64,000 nucleotides of DNA from Rikenellaceae bacterium (GCA_044433505.1 JAWXTM010000002.1:7070-71069), one strand, 5' to 3'. Counted from the stretch's first letter, positions 49,784 through 60,217 are shown. The notes: generated by a model not told the origin, from the letters alone. A program made the numbers and translations.

Positions 49784-50521
49784 TTAAAGGTCTTGAATTT
49801 TGGTTAAAAAAAGTTTTATTGCATCTTTTTTCTCCTCGGAGAGTTCGTACTCGATTTTTCGGGTCAAGTAGTCGAGTTTTCTCGGTCGCAACGGATCGTC
49901 GCCGTAGCAAAGATCCAGTGCCCTTTCTATGTTGTTGACTCCATACCTTAGTGCGGAGTTTAAATGATTTTCAGCTTCCACGCCACGGGGCGTTAGTGCC
50001 ACCCACACCGCAAAGACAAATGGCAGGGAGGTGAGCCTTTGCCACTCTTGGCTCATATCCCACTTGTGAGCAAATGTAGTTTCAAGGTCATAGACCTTGT
50101 CGCCAATAGCCACAACTGCCTCATTTGTGTGGACTCTATCGGGAATCCCCGTGATGAATTCTGGTGAGATACCCCAGTGCTCTTTGCAGAGTATCTGGCA
50201 TAGCTTGACAGAGGTACGGGAGTCAGTATCGAGGTATATCGTAGTAATATCTTTAAGGCTACAGTTGCTAAGTAGTGCAACAGTGTCGACTTTGCCTGTG
50301 GCAGAGAGGCAGTAGGGGGTGATAATTTTCGCTTGTGGGGGCATATCGCAGAGCGCACCAACAGGTACAAGTGCAACATCGCAGCGAGATTCTTTAGCAA
50401 GAGTGGCGCACCCCGAAGGTGGGCAAAGTGTTAGCGCAGCGTGAAGCTCTCCATTAGCCTCGCACCGAATACCATAGATAAATGGTAGTGTGTTGAGATA
50501 TTCTACTGCTACGACTCTCAC
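49784..50521 (-). CDS. mqnA: chorismate dehydratase (futalosine pathway MqnA)
   Basis: The N-terminal VEYLNTLPF pattern and periplasmic-binding-like fold are typical of the VitK2_biosynth family. GTG start. Its stop abuts the corA start. Confidence 0.7.
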   Translation of the reverse strand: MRVVAVEYLNTLPFIYGIRCEANGELHAALTLCPPSGCATLAKESRCDVALVPVGALCDMPPQAKIITPYCLSATGKVDTVALLSNCSLKDITTIYLDTDSRTSVKLCQILCKEHWGISPEFITGIPDRVHTNEAVVAIGDKVYDLETTFAHKWDMSQEWQRLTSLPFVFAVWVALTPRGVEAENHLNSALRYGVNNIERALDLCYGDDPLRPRKLDYLTRKIEYELSEEKKDAIKLFLTKIQDL

Positions 50522-50608
50522 CCGTCTCGCTCATTTGTGTTAAGTTTTTAGTTACTTCAAAGCGGAGTTTACCCAACTCCCCGAACTTTTTTTGACAAAA
50601 ATTCGTCA

Positions 50609-50616
50609 CAAAGGTA
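50609..50616 (-). promoter_or_regulatory. -7 box TACCTTTG (mqnA-corA, possibly also the SDR gene)
   Basis: 88 nt upstream of the GTG at 50521. Confidence 0.45.
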
Positions 50617-50662
50617 CTCAAAAAAATGTTAAAAAAAAGCAAAAAGATTAATAAATTTTTAT

Positions 50663-50670
50663 TAACTTTG
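50663..50670 (+). promoter_or_regulatory. -7 box TAACTTTG (lipA-lipB)
   Basis: 39 nt upstream of the ATG at 50709. Confidence 0.55.
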
Positions 50671-50708
50671 TCACCAGTTAGATATTAATTAATTTTTTGA
50701 GCAGTAAG

Positions 50709-51566
50709 ATGACTTCTTCACGCAAGATGTGTGGGAAGACCTCGAAGCCTGAATGGCTAAAAATTCGACTACCGCAGAGTGCTGATTATGCACGTGTGGC
50801 GAGTTTGGTGCAGAGGTATGGTCTTCACACAATATGTAGCAGTGGAAAGTGCCCCAACATTTCGCATTGTTGGAGCGCGGCAACAGCAACATTTTTAATA
50901 GCCGGGGATATTTGCACCCGTGGCTGTCGCTTCTGTGCGACCCAAAGCGGAAGACCGCTTCCCCTTGATAGCGCAGAACCCTCTAAAATTGCGCACTCTG
51001 TCAAAGTTATGGAACTTAAACACGCCGTGATTACCTCGGTCACTAGGGATGACCTAAAGGATGGTGGGGCGGCACACTGGGTGCAAACTATTCAGGCGGT
51101 TAGGGCCGAGTCGCCAGAAACTACTATCGAAGTGTTGATTCCTGATATGCAGGGCAAAGAGGAACTGCTCGATCTAATTATTGCTGCCAGACCTGATATT
51201 ATTGGGCACAATGTGGAAACAGTCAGAAGATTGACCCCCGAGGTGCGCTCTAAGGCTACTTATGAGATGTCGCTTGGGGTATTGAGTTATATTAGTGAGA
51301 AAGGGGCAGAGGCTAAGAGTAGCATTATGTTGGGGCTTGGCGAGAGTGAGCAAGAAGTACTCGAAACATTACAGGATTTATATAATGTTGGGGTACGCAG
51401 AGTGACCCTTGGGCAGTATCTGCAACCAACGCTAAATCACACTCAGGTGAGCGAGTATGTTCACCCCGACAAGTTCGAGGAGTATAGACAAAGGGCACTA
51501 GAGATGGGCTTTACGCACTGTGAGAGTGGCCCACTGGTACGTTCCTCTTATCACGCACAAATGTAA
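50709..51566 (+). CDS. lipA: lipoyl synthase
   Basis: CPNISHCW and radical-SAM CTRGCRFC motifs. I prefer the ATG at 50709 over the TTG at 50697. Confidence 0.93.
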   Translation: MTSSRKMCGKTSKPEWLKIRLPQSADYARVASLVQRYGLHTICSSGKCPNISHCWSAATATFLIAGDICTRGCRFCATQSGRPLPLDSAEPSKIAHSVKVMELKHAVITSVTRDDLKDGGAAHWVQTIQAVRAESPETTIEVLIPDMQGKEELLDLIIAARPDIIGHNVETVRRLTPEVRSKATYEMSLGVLSYISEKGAEAKSSIMLGLGESEQEVLETLQDLYNVGVRRVTLGQYLQPTLNHTQVSEYVHPDKFEEYRQRALEMGFTHCESGPLVRSSYHAQM

Positions 51567-51575
51567 GATAAAGGG

Positions 51576-52244
51576 ATGGAGTATAGAGTAAGAAAGATAG
51601 AGTTTGGGGTAATGCGCTATGGCGAGGCGTTGGAGCGTCAAGAGGCACTTTTCGAAGAGGTGAAGAGTGGCAGTGATGGGGCATTTGTGGTGGTGGAGCA
51701 TCCGCACGTCTATACGCTGGGCAAGAGTGGAGATGATGGAAACTTGCTCATTGATGAAAAGAGATTGGAGAGCCTAGGGGTTGAGTTTCATAGGACAAAT
51801 CGTGGGGGGGATATTACCTACCACGGCTATGGACAGGTGGTTGGGTATCCTATTGTGGATATAGTGAAGATGGGCATTTCGCTCAGGGAGTATATCTGGG
51901 GATTGGAGCAGATGATAATTGATGTGATGGGTGAGTATGGTATAGTGTCCCAGAGGGTGAGCAGTGCCACAGGGGTGTGGGTAGATGGCGGTACGCCTAA
52001 AGCACGCAAAATTGCGGCTATCGGTGTCAAGGCATCACGTGGGGTGACTATGCACGGCTTTGCGCTCAATGTAGCAACCGATTTGAGCTACTTTGGGTAT
52101 ATCAACCCTTGTGGGATGACCCTTGGGGTGACCTCAATGGAAAAGCAGGGCGTGAATGTGAATTTCAAAGAGGTGAGTGATAGGCTATTTAGCTACTTCG
52201 AGTCGGGTGAGTTTTTAAGAGCTATTGAAAATGCCCGTAACTAA
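51576..52244 (+). CDS. lipB: octanoyltransferase
   Basis: RGGDITYHGYGQVVGYPI, KIAAIGV, INPCG. Confidence 0.92.
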   Translation: MEYRVRKIEFGVMRYGEALERQEALFEEVKSGSDGAFVVVEHPHVYTLGKSGDDGNLLIDEKRLESLGVEFHRTNRGGDITYHGYGQVVGYPIVDIVKMGISLREYIWGLEQMIIDVMGEYGIVSQRVSSATGVWVDGGTPKARKIAAIGVKASRGVTMHGFALNVATDLSYFGYINPCGMTLGVTSMEKQGVNVNFKEVSDRLFSYFESGEFLRAIENARN

Positions 52245-52245
52245 A

Positions 52246-52260
52246 GGGGGCTTCTAAAAA
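52246..52260. repeat. family-2 solo terminal repeat
   Basis: GGGGGCTTCTAAAAA directly after the lipB stop. Confidence 0.5.
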
Positions 52261-52283
52261 GAGAAAAAAATGAATAATATATT

Positions 52284-54053
52284 ATGTATAGTAAAAAACA
52301 TTGGGTCTTTCGCCCAGAAATCGAAAAGAGCCGTGCCGCTACCTTTGCAGCGGAACTTGGTATCGAGGTGCCTTTGGCCACCTTGCTACTGCTCAGGGGT
52401 ATAGAGACGGTTGAGGCTGCTCACAGGTTCTTCGCCCCTTCACTACAACACTTCCACGACCCCTTCTTGATGAAGGATATGGATGTGGCGGTAGAGAGAA
52501 TACTAAAAGCCATCGAAACCGACGAAAAGGTTATGATCTATGGCGACTATGATGTTGATGGTACTACTTCAACTGCACTGCTGGTGAATTTTTTGAGCGA
52601 GTACCTATCGACCGTTAAGTTCTATATTCCAGATAGATACATAGATGGATACGGCATCTCGCAACGTGGCATTGACTATGCTGCTGATAGTGGAGTAACG
52701 CTGGTTATTACCGTGGACTGTGGTATAAAGGCTTCCCAGGAGGTTGCCTATGCTAAGAGCCGTGGCGTGGACTTTATTGTCAGTGATCACCACCTCCCAG
52801 AGGATCACCTACCAGAGGCTGTGGCTATACTCGACCCTAAGCGTGTGGACTGCTCCTACCCCTTTGAAGATTTATCGGGGTGTGGCGTGGCATTTAAAAT
52901 TGTGCAAGCAATCGCTATTAAAAAGGGACTCAGTATTGAAAATATTGCCTACCTGCTTGACCTAGTAGTGGTGAGCATTGCCGCCGATATTGTACCGCTT
53001 ATTGACGAGAATAGGGTGCTTGCGCACTTTGGGCTTATCCAACTTAACTCGCCGTATGCTAACCGTGGACTCAGTGCCATTATTGATATTAGTGGGCTAA
53101 GGCGTGGAAGTATCACCATCGAGGATATTATCTTTAAGATTGGGCCTCGTATCAATGCAACGGGGCGTATGGAAATTGCCATTGACCCTGACGACCTTAG
53201 AGCACAAAGTGGCGGACGTAATGCCGTAAAGCTTATGACTGCTATTAATGAGGATAGAGCCAAAAAATATGTCGAGATTATCGAGGAATTTAACTCTAAG
53301 CGCAAAAACGAAGATAGGATAGTGACCGACGAGGCATTTCGTATTATTGAGTCTGACCCACAGCTAGCTCAACGTAGCTGCACGATTATCTATAAACCAG
53401 AGTGGATGAAGGGTGTTATGGGGATTGTTGCATCACGCCTTATCGAGGGGTATTACCGTCCAACAGTGGTGCTGACCCAGAGCAATGGTATGATTACTGG
53501 TTCGGCTCGTTCTGTACCTGGTTTTGACCTCTATGCTGCGGTGGAGAGCTGTGCCGATCTGTTGCAAAACTTCGGTGGGCATACCTACGCCGTGGGGCTT
53601 ACTATGCACCCCGATAACTATGAGGAATTCTGCGCTAGATTCGAAAAGTTTGTTGTAGAGAATATAAACAAAGCTCGCCTAGAGCAAAAAATTAAGGTCG
53701 ATATGGAGCTGCAAATCTCGCATATCACTCCTAACTTCCGTAGGGCACTAGAACGCCTTGCGCCCTTTGGGCCAGGCAACCCATCCCCAGTCTTTGTTAG
53801 TCGTGGAGTCAGGGATAATGGCTCGGCACGCAAGGTGGGTATAGGTGGCGAACACCTTAGGCTAACCCTCTACGAAGAGGGGCAACAGCTTAAATCTATC
53901 GAGGCTATTGGCTTTTCGATGAGCGAGTTTTTTCCACACGTGGCTTCTGGTGGAAGTGTTGATATTTGTTATACCATATCTGAGAACCACTATGGTCGAA
54001 GAATCACTCCACAACTGAAACTCAAAGATATAGAGGTTATTGACTTCAGGTAA
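52284..54053 (+). CDS. recJ: single-stranded-DNA-specific exonuclease RecJ
   Basis: DYDVDGTTS, DCG and SDHH (DHH family) motifs, plus a DHHA1 region. Confidence 0.92.
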   Translation: MYSKKHWVFRPEIEKSRAATFAAELGIEVPLATLLLLRGIETVEAAHRFFAPSLQHFHDPFLMKDMDVAVERILKAIETDEKVMIYGDYDVDGTTSTALLVNFLSEYLSTVKFYIPDRYIDGYGISQRGIDYAADSGVTLVITVDCGIKASQEVAYAKSRGVDFIVSDHHLPEDHLPEAVAILDPKRVDCSYPFEDLSGCGVAFKIVQAIAIKKGLSIENIAYLLDLVVVSIAADIVPLIDENRVLAHFGLIQLNSPYANRGLSAIIDISGLRRGSITIEDIIFKIGPRINATGRMEIAIDPDDLRAQSGGRNAVKLMTAINEDRAKKYVEIIEEFNSKRKNEDRIVTDEAFRIIESDPQLAQRSCTIIYKPEWMKGVMGIVASRLIEGYYRPTVVLTQSNGMITGSARSVPGFDLYAAVESCADLLQNFGGHTYAVGLTMHPDNYEEFCARFEKFVVENINKARLEQKIKVDMELQISHITPNFRRALERLAPFGPGNPSPVFVSRGVRDNGSARKVGIGGEHLRLTLYEEGQQLKSIEAIGFSMSEFFPHVASGGSVDICYTISENHYGRRITPQLKLKDIEVIDFR

Positions 54054-54079
54054 CCCCCTATTATAAAGAATGCTCTATT

Positions 54080-55918
54080 ATGGATAGTAATAACAGCGAG
54101 GAAGACAGAGTACAGCGTTCAATGCTTCGTGGTGTAAAGTGGCTCTATGGCGGCTTTACAGTGCTCTCTATTGCTATTATTGCACGCATCTTTATCATAC
54201 AAATTGGGGGCAGTAGCGAGGAACTTATCACTCTGGGCGAAAAAATATCCTATAGACCTCAGCCAGTGATGGCACTACGTGGAAACCTGCTTGCAGATGA
54301 TGGGCGAATACTTGCCACCTCTATTCCTACCTATGAATTGCGCATAGACCTTGCTATGCCTGGTATCGTGGACTCAGTCTTTCAGGCGGATGTGGCAATG
54401 ATGAGTAGGCAACTCTCTGAGTTTTTTGGAGATAGAAGTGCCGCAGAGTATGAACAAAAATTTCGAGAAGAACGCCTAAAGGGTAGCAGATATGTGCGAC
54501 TAGCCCCTCGCAAGGTGAACTTTCTGGAGCTTAATGAAATCAAGGAATTTGCCTTTCTTAATCAAGGCAGAAGGCGTAGCGGACTTATTATCAACGAGGA
54601 GTATCAAAGGAAACACCCACTGGGCGGAGTTGCGGACAGGGTACTGGGTTTTGTCAATAGCGTGGGTAGAAAGGTTGGGCTTGAGGGGGCATTTGATGAT
54701 GATCTAAGAGGTATGGATGGGCTTTCTATCGAGCAAAAAATATCGGGAGACTTCTGGATTCCAGTTGAAAGTAGGCTTAATCTCTCGCCAGTGGATGGAC
54801 TAGATGTGAAGACTACCATCAATGTTAGTTTCCAAAGGATGGCGCAAGATGCACTAAGGCAAAGACTCATTGAGGTCGATGCAAAGTGGGGTACGGTAGT
54901 GGTAATGGAAGTCGAAACAGGACATATTAAGGCTATGGCGAATCTGACTCAAAAGACTAATGGAGAGATTGTCGAGGACTATAACTACGCTGTGGGGACT
55001 GCCCAAGAGCCTGGCTCTACCTTTAAGCTGCCTGTGCTACTCGCTCTCTTGGATGACACTGGAGCAAAACTCACCGATAGATACGATACCAAAGGAGGGG
55101 AGATGTACTTTGGCGAAAGAAGGGTAAGGGATAGCCATAGAGGTGGGTATGGTGAACTTTCGCTACAAGGGGTCTTTGATAAATCCTCGAATATAGGGAT
55201 GGCTATGGCTGTCAATAAGGCTTATGAGGGTAGAGAGTCACACTTTGTGGATAGACTCTTGAGCTATGGCGTGGGTGACCCTCTTGGAATTGTGATACCA
55301 GGGGAAGCCCCCCCTCTTGTAAAACACCCAAAGAATAGAAAAAGTGGCTGGGATGGCACCTCTATGACTATGATGAGCTATGGGTATGCGCTGCTTATGA
55401 CCCCACTACAAACACTCACTTTCTATAATGCAGTTGCCAATGGCGGTAAGATGGTACGCCCTTTATTTGTGAGCGAGTTGCAAAGGAATGGACAAGTCGT
55501 TGAAGAATTCCCTGTGGAGGTTCTAAACGAGCAAATAGCCTCGCCTAGTGCCATTAAGCAGGTGCAGCTTGCCCTCGAATCGGTAGTGAATAACGGTACT
55601 GCTAAGACCTTAAAGAGCGACTATTTTAGCAGTGCAGCTAAGACTGGCACAGCCCAGATTGCACAAGGCAGCAGGGGTTATGGTGATGATGACTCAAAGA
55701 GGCAGTATTTGGGTTCAGTGGCAGGCTACTTCCCTGCCGATAATCCTAAGTACTCTATGATTATTGCCTTTGAGACCCACTACCAGAGCGGTTCGGGTCG
55801 TACATACTACGGTGCACAGCTCGCCGCCCCAATCTTTAAATCAATCTCAGAATTTATCTATAACTCATCCTACGAATTCATAACACCTTATAGTGGTAAT
55901 GATAACTTTATGCCTTAA
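54080..55918 (+). CDS. class B penicillin-binding protein (FtsI/PBP2-type transpeptidase)
   Basis: N-terminal TM anchor, a dimerisation domain, and STFK, SSN and KTGTA motifs. Confidence 0.85.
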   Translation: MDSNNSEEDRVQRSMLRGVKWLYGGFTVLSIAIIARIFIIQIGGSSEELITLGEKISYRPQPVMALRGNLLADDGRILATSIPTYELRIDLAMPGIVDSVFQADVAMMSRQLSEFFGDRSAAEYEQKFREERLKGSRYVRLAPRKVNFLELNEIKEFAFLNQGRRRSGLIINEEYQRKHPLGGVADRVLGFVNSVGRKVGLEGAFDDDLRGMDGLSIEQKISGDFWIPVESRLNLSPVDGLDVKTTINVSFQRMAQDALRQRLIEVDAKWGTVVVMEVETGHIKAMANLTQKTNGEIVEDYNYAVGTAQEPGSTFKLPVLLALLDDTGAKLTDRYDTKGGEMYFGERRVRDSHRGGYGELSLQGVFDKSSNIGMAMAVNKAYEGRESHFVDRLLSYGVGDPLGIVIPGEAPPLVKHPKNRKSGWDGTSMTMMSYGYALLMTPLQTLTFYNAVANGGKMVRPLFVSELQRNGQVVEEFPVEVLNEQIASPSAIKQVQLALESVVNNGTAKTLKSDYFSSAAKTGTAQIAQGSRGYGDDDSKRQYLGSVAGYFPADNPKYSMIIAFETHYQSGSGRTYYGAQLAAPIFKSISEFIYNSSYEFITPYSGNDNFMP

Positions 55919-57547
55919 ATGAAAAACAAACTCCTACTTATAGCCCTGTTAATATGTTGCCTAATCTCGGTGAAGGCTCAAAACCCCGTGAAGCCAAAAC
56001 TGGTGGTAAATATCACTGTGGCAGGTCTGCGCTACGACTACCTACTCAAATTTAATAAGGGTTTTAGCTCACGAGGCATTATGAAACTTATAAACGAGGG
56101 GGCGGTATGCTCACGAGCACTTATCGACTACTCTAACTCTACAACCCCTGTTGGGGTGGCAACCATTGCAACGGGGGCAGCACCCTCCTCGCACGGTGTT
56201 GTTGGGGAGTATTGGTTCGACTATACTACAGGCACAAGAATGCAGCTAGGTTTTGATAAAGAGGTGCTTACTGTTGGGGATGACGCCTACGATGCACAGC
56301 TCTCGCCTCGCTCGCTGGTTGCATCAACCCTCGGGGACTGTATCAGCGAAATTGAACCCTCGTCAAAGGTTATCTCGGTGGCACTCAATCCGCTACCTGC
56401 CGTTATTGCAGGGGGCTTTAATGCCGATGGGGTCTACTGGGTGAGCCAACGTAGCGGTAAGATGGTATCTTCGTCATACTATACGAAAAACCTACCTGAC
56501 TGGGTCAATAACTTTAATAAAAAAGAGTTGGCAGCGGCATATTGCTCCGCTACGTGGAAACTCTCAAAGGATAAGGGAATATATTATAATGTATTGCGTA
56601 GTGATGTTAAGCAGAGTGCCACAATGATGAGCCTTGGCACTAAGAAGTTTGACTACGAAAAACTCACCACAACCCCTGCTGCTAACTCTCTGATTAAGGA
56701 CTTTGCGGTGCAGAGTATCTTGGCAGAGGAGCTGGGTAAGGACTCTTCGACAGACTACCTCTCGGTGGTCTTTGAGTCGCCACGCTGCGCTGCGGCTAAG
56801 TATGGTCCAAACTCTATGGAGGTCGAAGATGTGCTCTATAGACTCGATATTGAGATTGAAGCACTCCTCGCATTCCTAGAATCGCAAGTGGGTAAGGAAA
56901 ATATGCTCGTTATCTTTAGCTCGGCACACGGCAGCTCGGATGCAGTGATTGAAAGCAGTAAAGTCCCTGTTGGACACTTCAATGCCTCGCAATTCGAGAT
57001 ACTTATGAATGGTTTTTTGGGGGCACAGCTCTCAGCTCGAATGAATGCCGAACAGACCAAAAAGAGCAATGAATATGGGGAACGCTGGGTGCTGGAGTTT
57101 CTCAATAACCAGCTCTATTTGAACCGTCGTAAAATCTATGCAGCAGGCTTTTCGCTGAGCGAGGTGCAGGATATTGCAGCGAATTTTTCTATACAGTTTC
57201 GAGGTGTTGCATCAGCCATTACCTCCACTACTATGCAGAGTGGAGAGTTTACCTCGGGTGTGATGGGCAGTGCACAGCGTAGCTACTTTGCTCGCCACTC
57301 TGGGGATGTGGTGCTGAACTTCCTACCTGGGTGGATTGATAGCTCCAGTAGCCTCTCTCAAAGTGGCTCGCCATATATCTATGATACCCACGTGCCACTA
57401 GTCTTCTGGGGAGGGGGAGTCGTGCCACAGACTATCAATAGCGATGTTAAACTACAAGACATTGCCCCAACCGTTGCTGCCTATGTGGGTGTTACCCCAC
57501 CTAATGCCTCAACGGGACGTCCAATCGAAGGAATTTTTGAGAAATAA
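55919..57547 (+). CDS. secreted alkaline-phosphatase/NPP-fold protein, probably non-catalytic
   Basis: Signal peptide. NPP-like block order, but ITVAGLRYDY, ESPRCAAAKYGP and SSAHG stand where D-G, PDxxGH and SDHG are expected. Its ATG directly follows the PBP stop. Confidence 0.6.
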   Translation: MKNKLLLIALLICCLISVKAQNPVKPKLVVNITVAGLRYDYLLKFNKGFSSRGIMKLINEGAVCSRALIDYSNSTTPVGVATIATGAAPSSHGVVGEYWFDYTTGTRMQLGFDKEVLTVGDDAYDAQLSPRSLVASTLGDCISEIEPSSKVISVALNPLPAVIAGGFNADGVYWVSQRSGKMVSSSYYTKNLPDWVNNFNKKELAAAYCSATWKLSKDKGIYYNVLRSDVKQSATMMSLGTKKFDYEKLTTTPAANSLIKDFAVQSILAEELGKDSSTDYLSVVFESPRCAAAKYGPNSMEVEDVLYRLDIEIEALLAFLESQVGKENMLVIFSSAHGSSDAVIESSKVPVGHFNASQFEILMNGFLGAQLSARMNAEQTKKSNEYGERWVLEFLNNQLYLNRRKIYAAGFSLSEVQDIAANFSIQFRGVASAITSTTMQSGEFTSGVMGSAQRSYFARHSGDVVLNFLPGWIDSSSSLSQSGSPYIYDTHVPLVFWGGGVVPQTINSDVKLQDIAPTVAAYVGVTPPNASTGRPIEGIFEK

Positions 57548-57570
57548 TACTAACATATATAACGAAAACT

Positions 57571-59799
57571 ATGAAAAAAATTGTAACGATTTGTGCTGCC
57601 TCATTGCTAAGTGTAGCGAGTAGCAGTGCGCAGGGTTTTACCCCAGTTGAAATCCCACAGAAGTATGCCCATAAAGTAGACTCTGTTCTGTCGCTTATGA
57701 CCCTCGAAGAAAAGGTGGGACAGCTTAACCAATACACTGGCAACTGGACTGCAACGGGTCCCGTGCTCGATAATCCAGAAAAACTAGACCATATTAAGAA
57801 TGGACTGGTCGGCTCGATGCTTAATATCAAATCGGTGGAGCACACCCGTAAGTTCCAAGAGATGGCACTAGAGTCACGCCTCGGTATCCCAATGATCTTT
57901 GGGCTGGATGTTATCCACGGTATGCGCACAGTCTACCCTATTCCGCTTGGTGAGGCAGCGAGTTTCGACCTTGATTTGATGGAGCGCACTGCAGCAGGTG
58001 CTGCCCTTGAAACCTCGGCGCAGGGGGTTCACTGGACATTCGCTCCGATGGTAGATATTGCACGTGATGCCCGTTGGGGACGTGTTATGGAGGGTGCTGG
58101 CGAAGATACTTGGTATGGTACACTCGTGGCAAAGGCTAGAGTTGAGGGTTTTCAAGGGGAGTCGCTCAACGACATAAATACAATTATGGCTTGTGCTAAG
58201 CACTTTGCTGCCTATGGTGCAGCAATCGCTGGTAAGGACTACAATACGGTAGACGTTTCGATGCTTTCGCTACACGATACATACCTACCTCCATTTAAGG
58301 CTGCTGCTGAGGCTGGTGTTGCTACTTTTATGAATTCCTTTAACGATATTAATGGTGTACCTGCCACTGGTAATGAGTACATTCAACGTGACGTGCAAAA
58401 GGGTGACTGGGATTATAGTGGCTTTACAGTCTCGGACTGGGGCTCAATCAGAGAGATGATTGCACACGGCTATGTTGCAGATAATAAGGATGCCGCAGCT
58501 GCTGCCATTATTGCTGGATGTGATATGGATATGGAGTCTAGAGCCTATGTGGACTACCTCGCAGAACTTGTTAATGAAGGAACAGTTGATATTAAATATG
58601 TTGATGATGCGGTGCGCCGTGTGCTGCTCAAAAAGTTTGAACTAGGACTCTTTGATGACCCTTTCCGCTACTGTAACGAAGAGCGTGAGCAGCGTTATGT
58701 GCTCTGCGATGAGCTACGTGAGCTATCTCGTGAGGCAGGTCGCAAATCGGTAGTGCTCCTAAAGAATGAAAAGAATATACTCCCACTCGCTGACCAAAAA
58801 CAAAAAATTGCGGTAGTTGGTGCACTAGCAAACTCTCAACAAGATATGATGGGCTTTTGGGCTGGCGAAGGTGTTGTGGATGAGGCAGTAACCTTGTTCG
58901 ATGGACTAAAGGGTCGCTACAGTGAGTCTACTATTACGTACTCTGAGGGCTACGACCTCGAAACTTTCGAACTAGTTGACCTTAAGGGTGCAATAGCTAA
59001 TGCAAAGAAGAGTGACGTGGTTATCGTTGCCGTTGGTGAAAGATATGACCACAGTGGTGAGGCTAAGAGCCGTGCCGATATTAGTGTTAATAAAAACCAC
59101 CAACAACTAGTACAAGAACTAAAGAAATATTGCGACAATGTAGTGGTAGTGCTTATGGGTGGTCGCCCAATGATATTCAGCGAGATGGAGCCTGCCGCAG
59201 ATGCAATCCTACTTACTTGGTGGTTGGGAACTGAGGCTGGTAATGCAATAGCTGATGTGCTATCGGGGGACTATAACCCATCTGGAAAATTGCCTATGAC
59301 ATTCCCTGCGCACCTCGGTCAAGTGCCTATCTACTATAACTACAAAAGCACTGGTCGCCCAGAAAGCGATAGAAAAGGCTATACTACTTGCTACCAAGAT
59401 ATTGACTTTAGACCAGCCTACCCATTTGGCTTTGGACTCAGCTACAGCGATTTTACATACAGCGCACCTACCGTTGAGAAAAGCACTTACGCTATGGATG
59501 AACCTATAGAAGTGAAGGTAACTGTAAAGAATAGAGGCAAGTACGCTGGACGTGAAGTCGTACAACTCTATATCCGTGACCTAGTCTCTGGCGTTACTAC
59601 TCCAGTGAAAAACCTCAGAGCATTCCAACTTCTCGACCTCGATGCTCACCAAAGCACAGAGGTTGTCTTTACCATTACGGCAGAGGATCTAAAGTATATG
59701 AATCGTGATCTGGAGTACGTTACCGATCCAGGTGACTTCCTGATTATGGTAGGGTCTAACTCACGTGACACCCAAGCGGTTAAAATAACACTACAATAG
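57571..59799 (+). CDS. bglX: glycoside hydrolase family 3 beta-glucosidase (BglX-like)
   Basis: Signal peptide, KHFAAYG, GFTVSDW nucleophile region, and a C-terminal Fn3-like domain. Confidence 0.9.
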   Translation: MKKIVTICAASLLSVASSSAQGFTPVEIPQKYAHKVDSVLSLMTLEEKVGQLNQYTGNWTATGPVLDNPEKLDHIKNGLVGSMLNIKSVEHTRKFQEMALESRLGIPMIFGLDVIHGMRTVYPIPLGEAASFDLDLMERTAAGAALETSAQGVHWTFAPMVDIARDARWGRVMEGAGEDTWYGTLVAKARVEGFQGESLNDINTIMACAKHFAAYGAAIAGKDYNTVDVSMLSLHDTYLPPFKAAAEAGVATFMNSFNDINGVPATGNEYIQRDVQKGDWDYSGFTVSDWGSIREMIAHGYVADNKDAAAAAIIAGCDMDMESRAYVDYLAELVNEGTVDIKYVDDAVRRVLLKKFELGLFDDPFRYCNEEREQRYVLCDELRELSREAGRKSVVLLKNEKNILPLADQKQKIAVVGALANSQQDMMGFWAGEGVVDEAVTLFDGLKGRYSESTITYSEGYDLETFELVDLKGAIANAKKSDVVIVAVGERYDHSGEAKSRADISVNKNHQQLVQELKKYCDNVVVVLMGGRPMIFSEMEPAADAILLTWWLGTEAGNAIADVLSGDYNPSGKLPMTFPAHLGQVPIYYNYKSTGRPESDRKGYTTCYQDIDFRPAYPFGFGLSYSDFTYSAPTVEKSTYAMDEPIEVKVTVKNRGKYAGREVVQLYIRDLVSGVTTPVKNLRAFQLLDLDAHQSTEVVFTITAEDLKYMNRDLEYVTDPGDFLIMVGSNSRDTQAVKITLQ

Positions 59800-59800
59800 T

Positions 59801-60217
59801 ATGAACGAAAAGATTAAAGAAATACTCAGCGATATGAGCTTTATGCCTGAATGGCTCGATCGCTATAACTACATTATTGAGCTGAGCGATGAACTTTCGT
59901 TGATGCCCGATGAGCTAAAGACCCCAGAGAATCTTATCTCTGGGTGTCAAAGCCGTGTGTGGATAACTGCGCAAAAAAATGAGAATGGAACTATGCACTT
60001 TAGTGGTGCTAGTGATGCGATTATTGTGAGTGGGCTACTCTCTTTGCTCTTTGCAGCAGTCGAGGGGATGACCCCAGAGCAGATTGAGGCAGAGAGCTTT
60101 AGTTATTTGGATGAGCTGTCGTTGAATGAGAACCTGTCGACCACTCGCTCAAATGGTGTAGCATCAATGAAACAAAGAATTAAAACCCTAGCTAATACCC
60201 TATCTAACACCTTATGA
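59801..60217 (+). CDS. sufE: SufE-family sulfur acceptor protein
   Basis: SGCQSRVW active-site Cys motif; 138 aa. Confidence 0.8.
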   Translation: MNEKIKEILSDMSFMPEWLDRYNYIIELSDELSLMPDELKTPENLISGCQSRVWITAQKNENGTMHFSGASDAIIVSGLLSLLFAAVEGMTPEQIEAESFSYLDELSLNENLSTTRSNGVASMKQRIKTLANTLSNTL

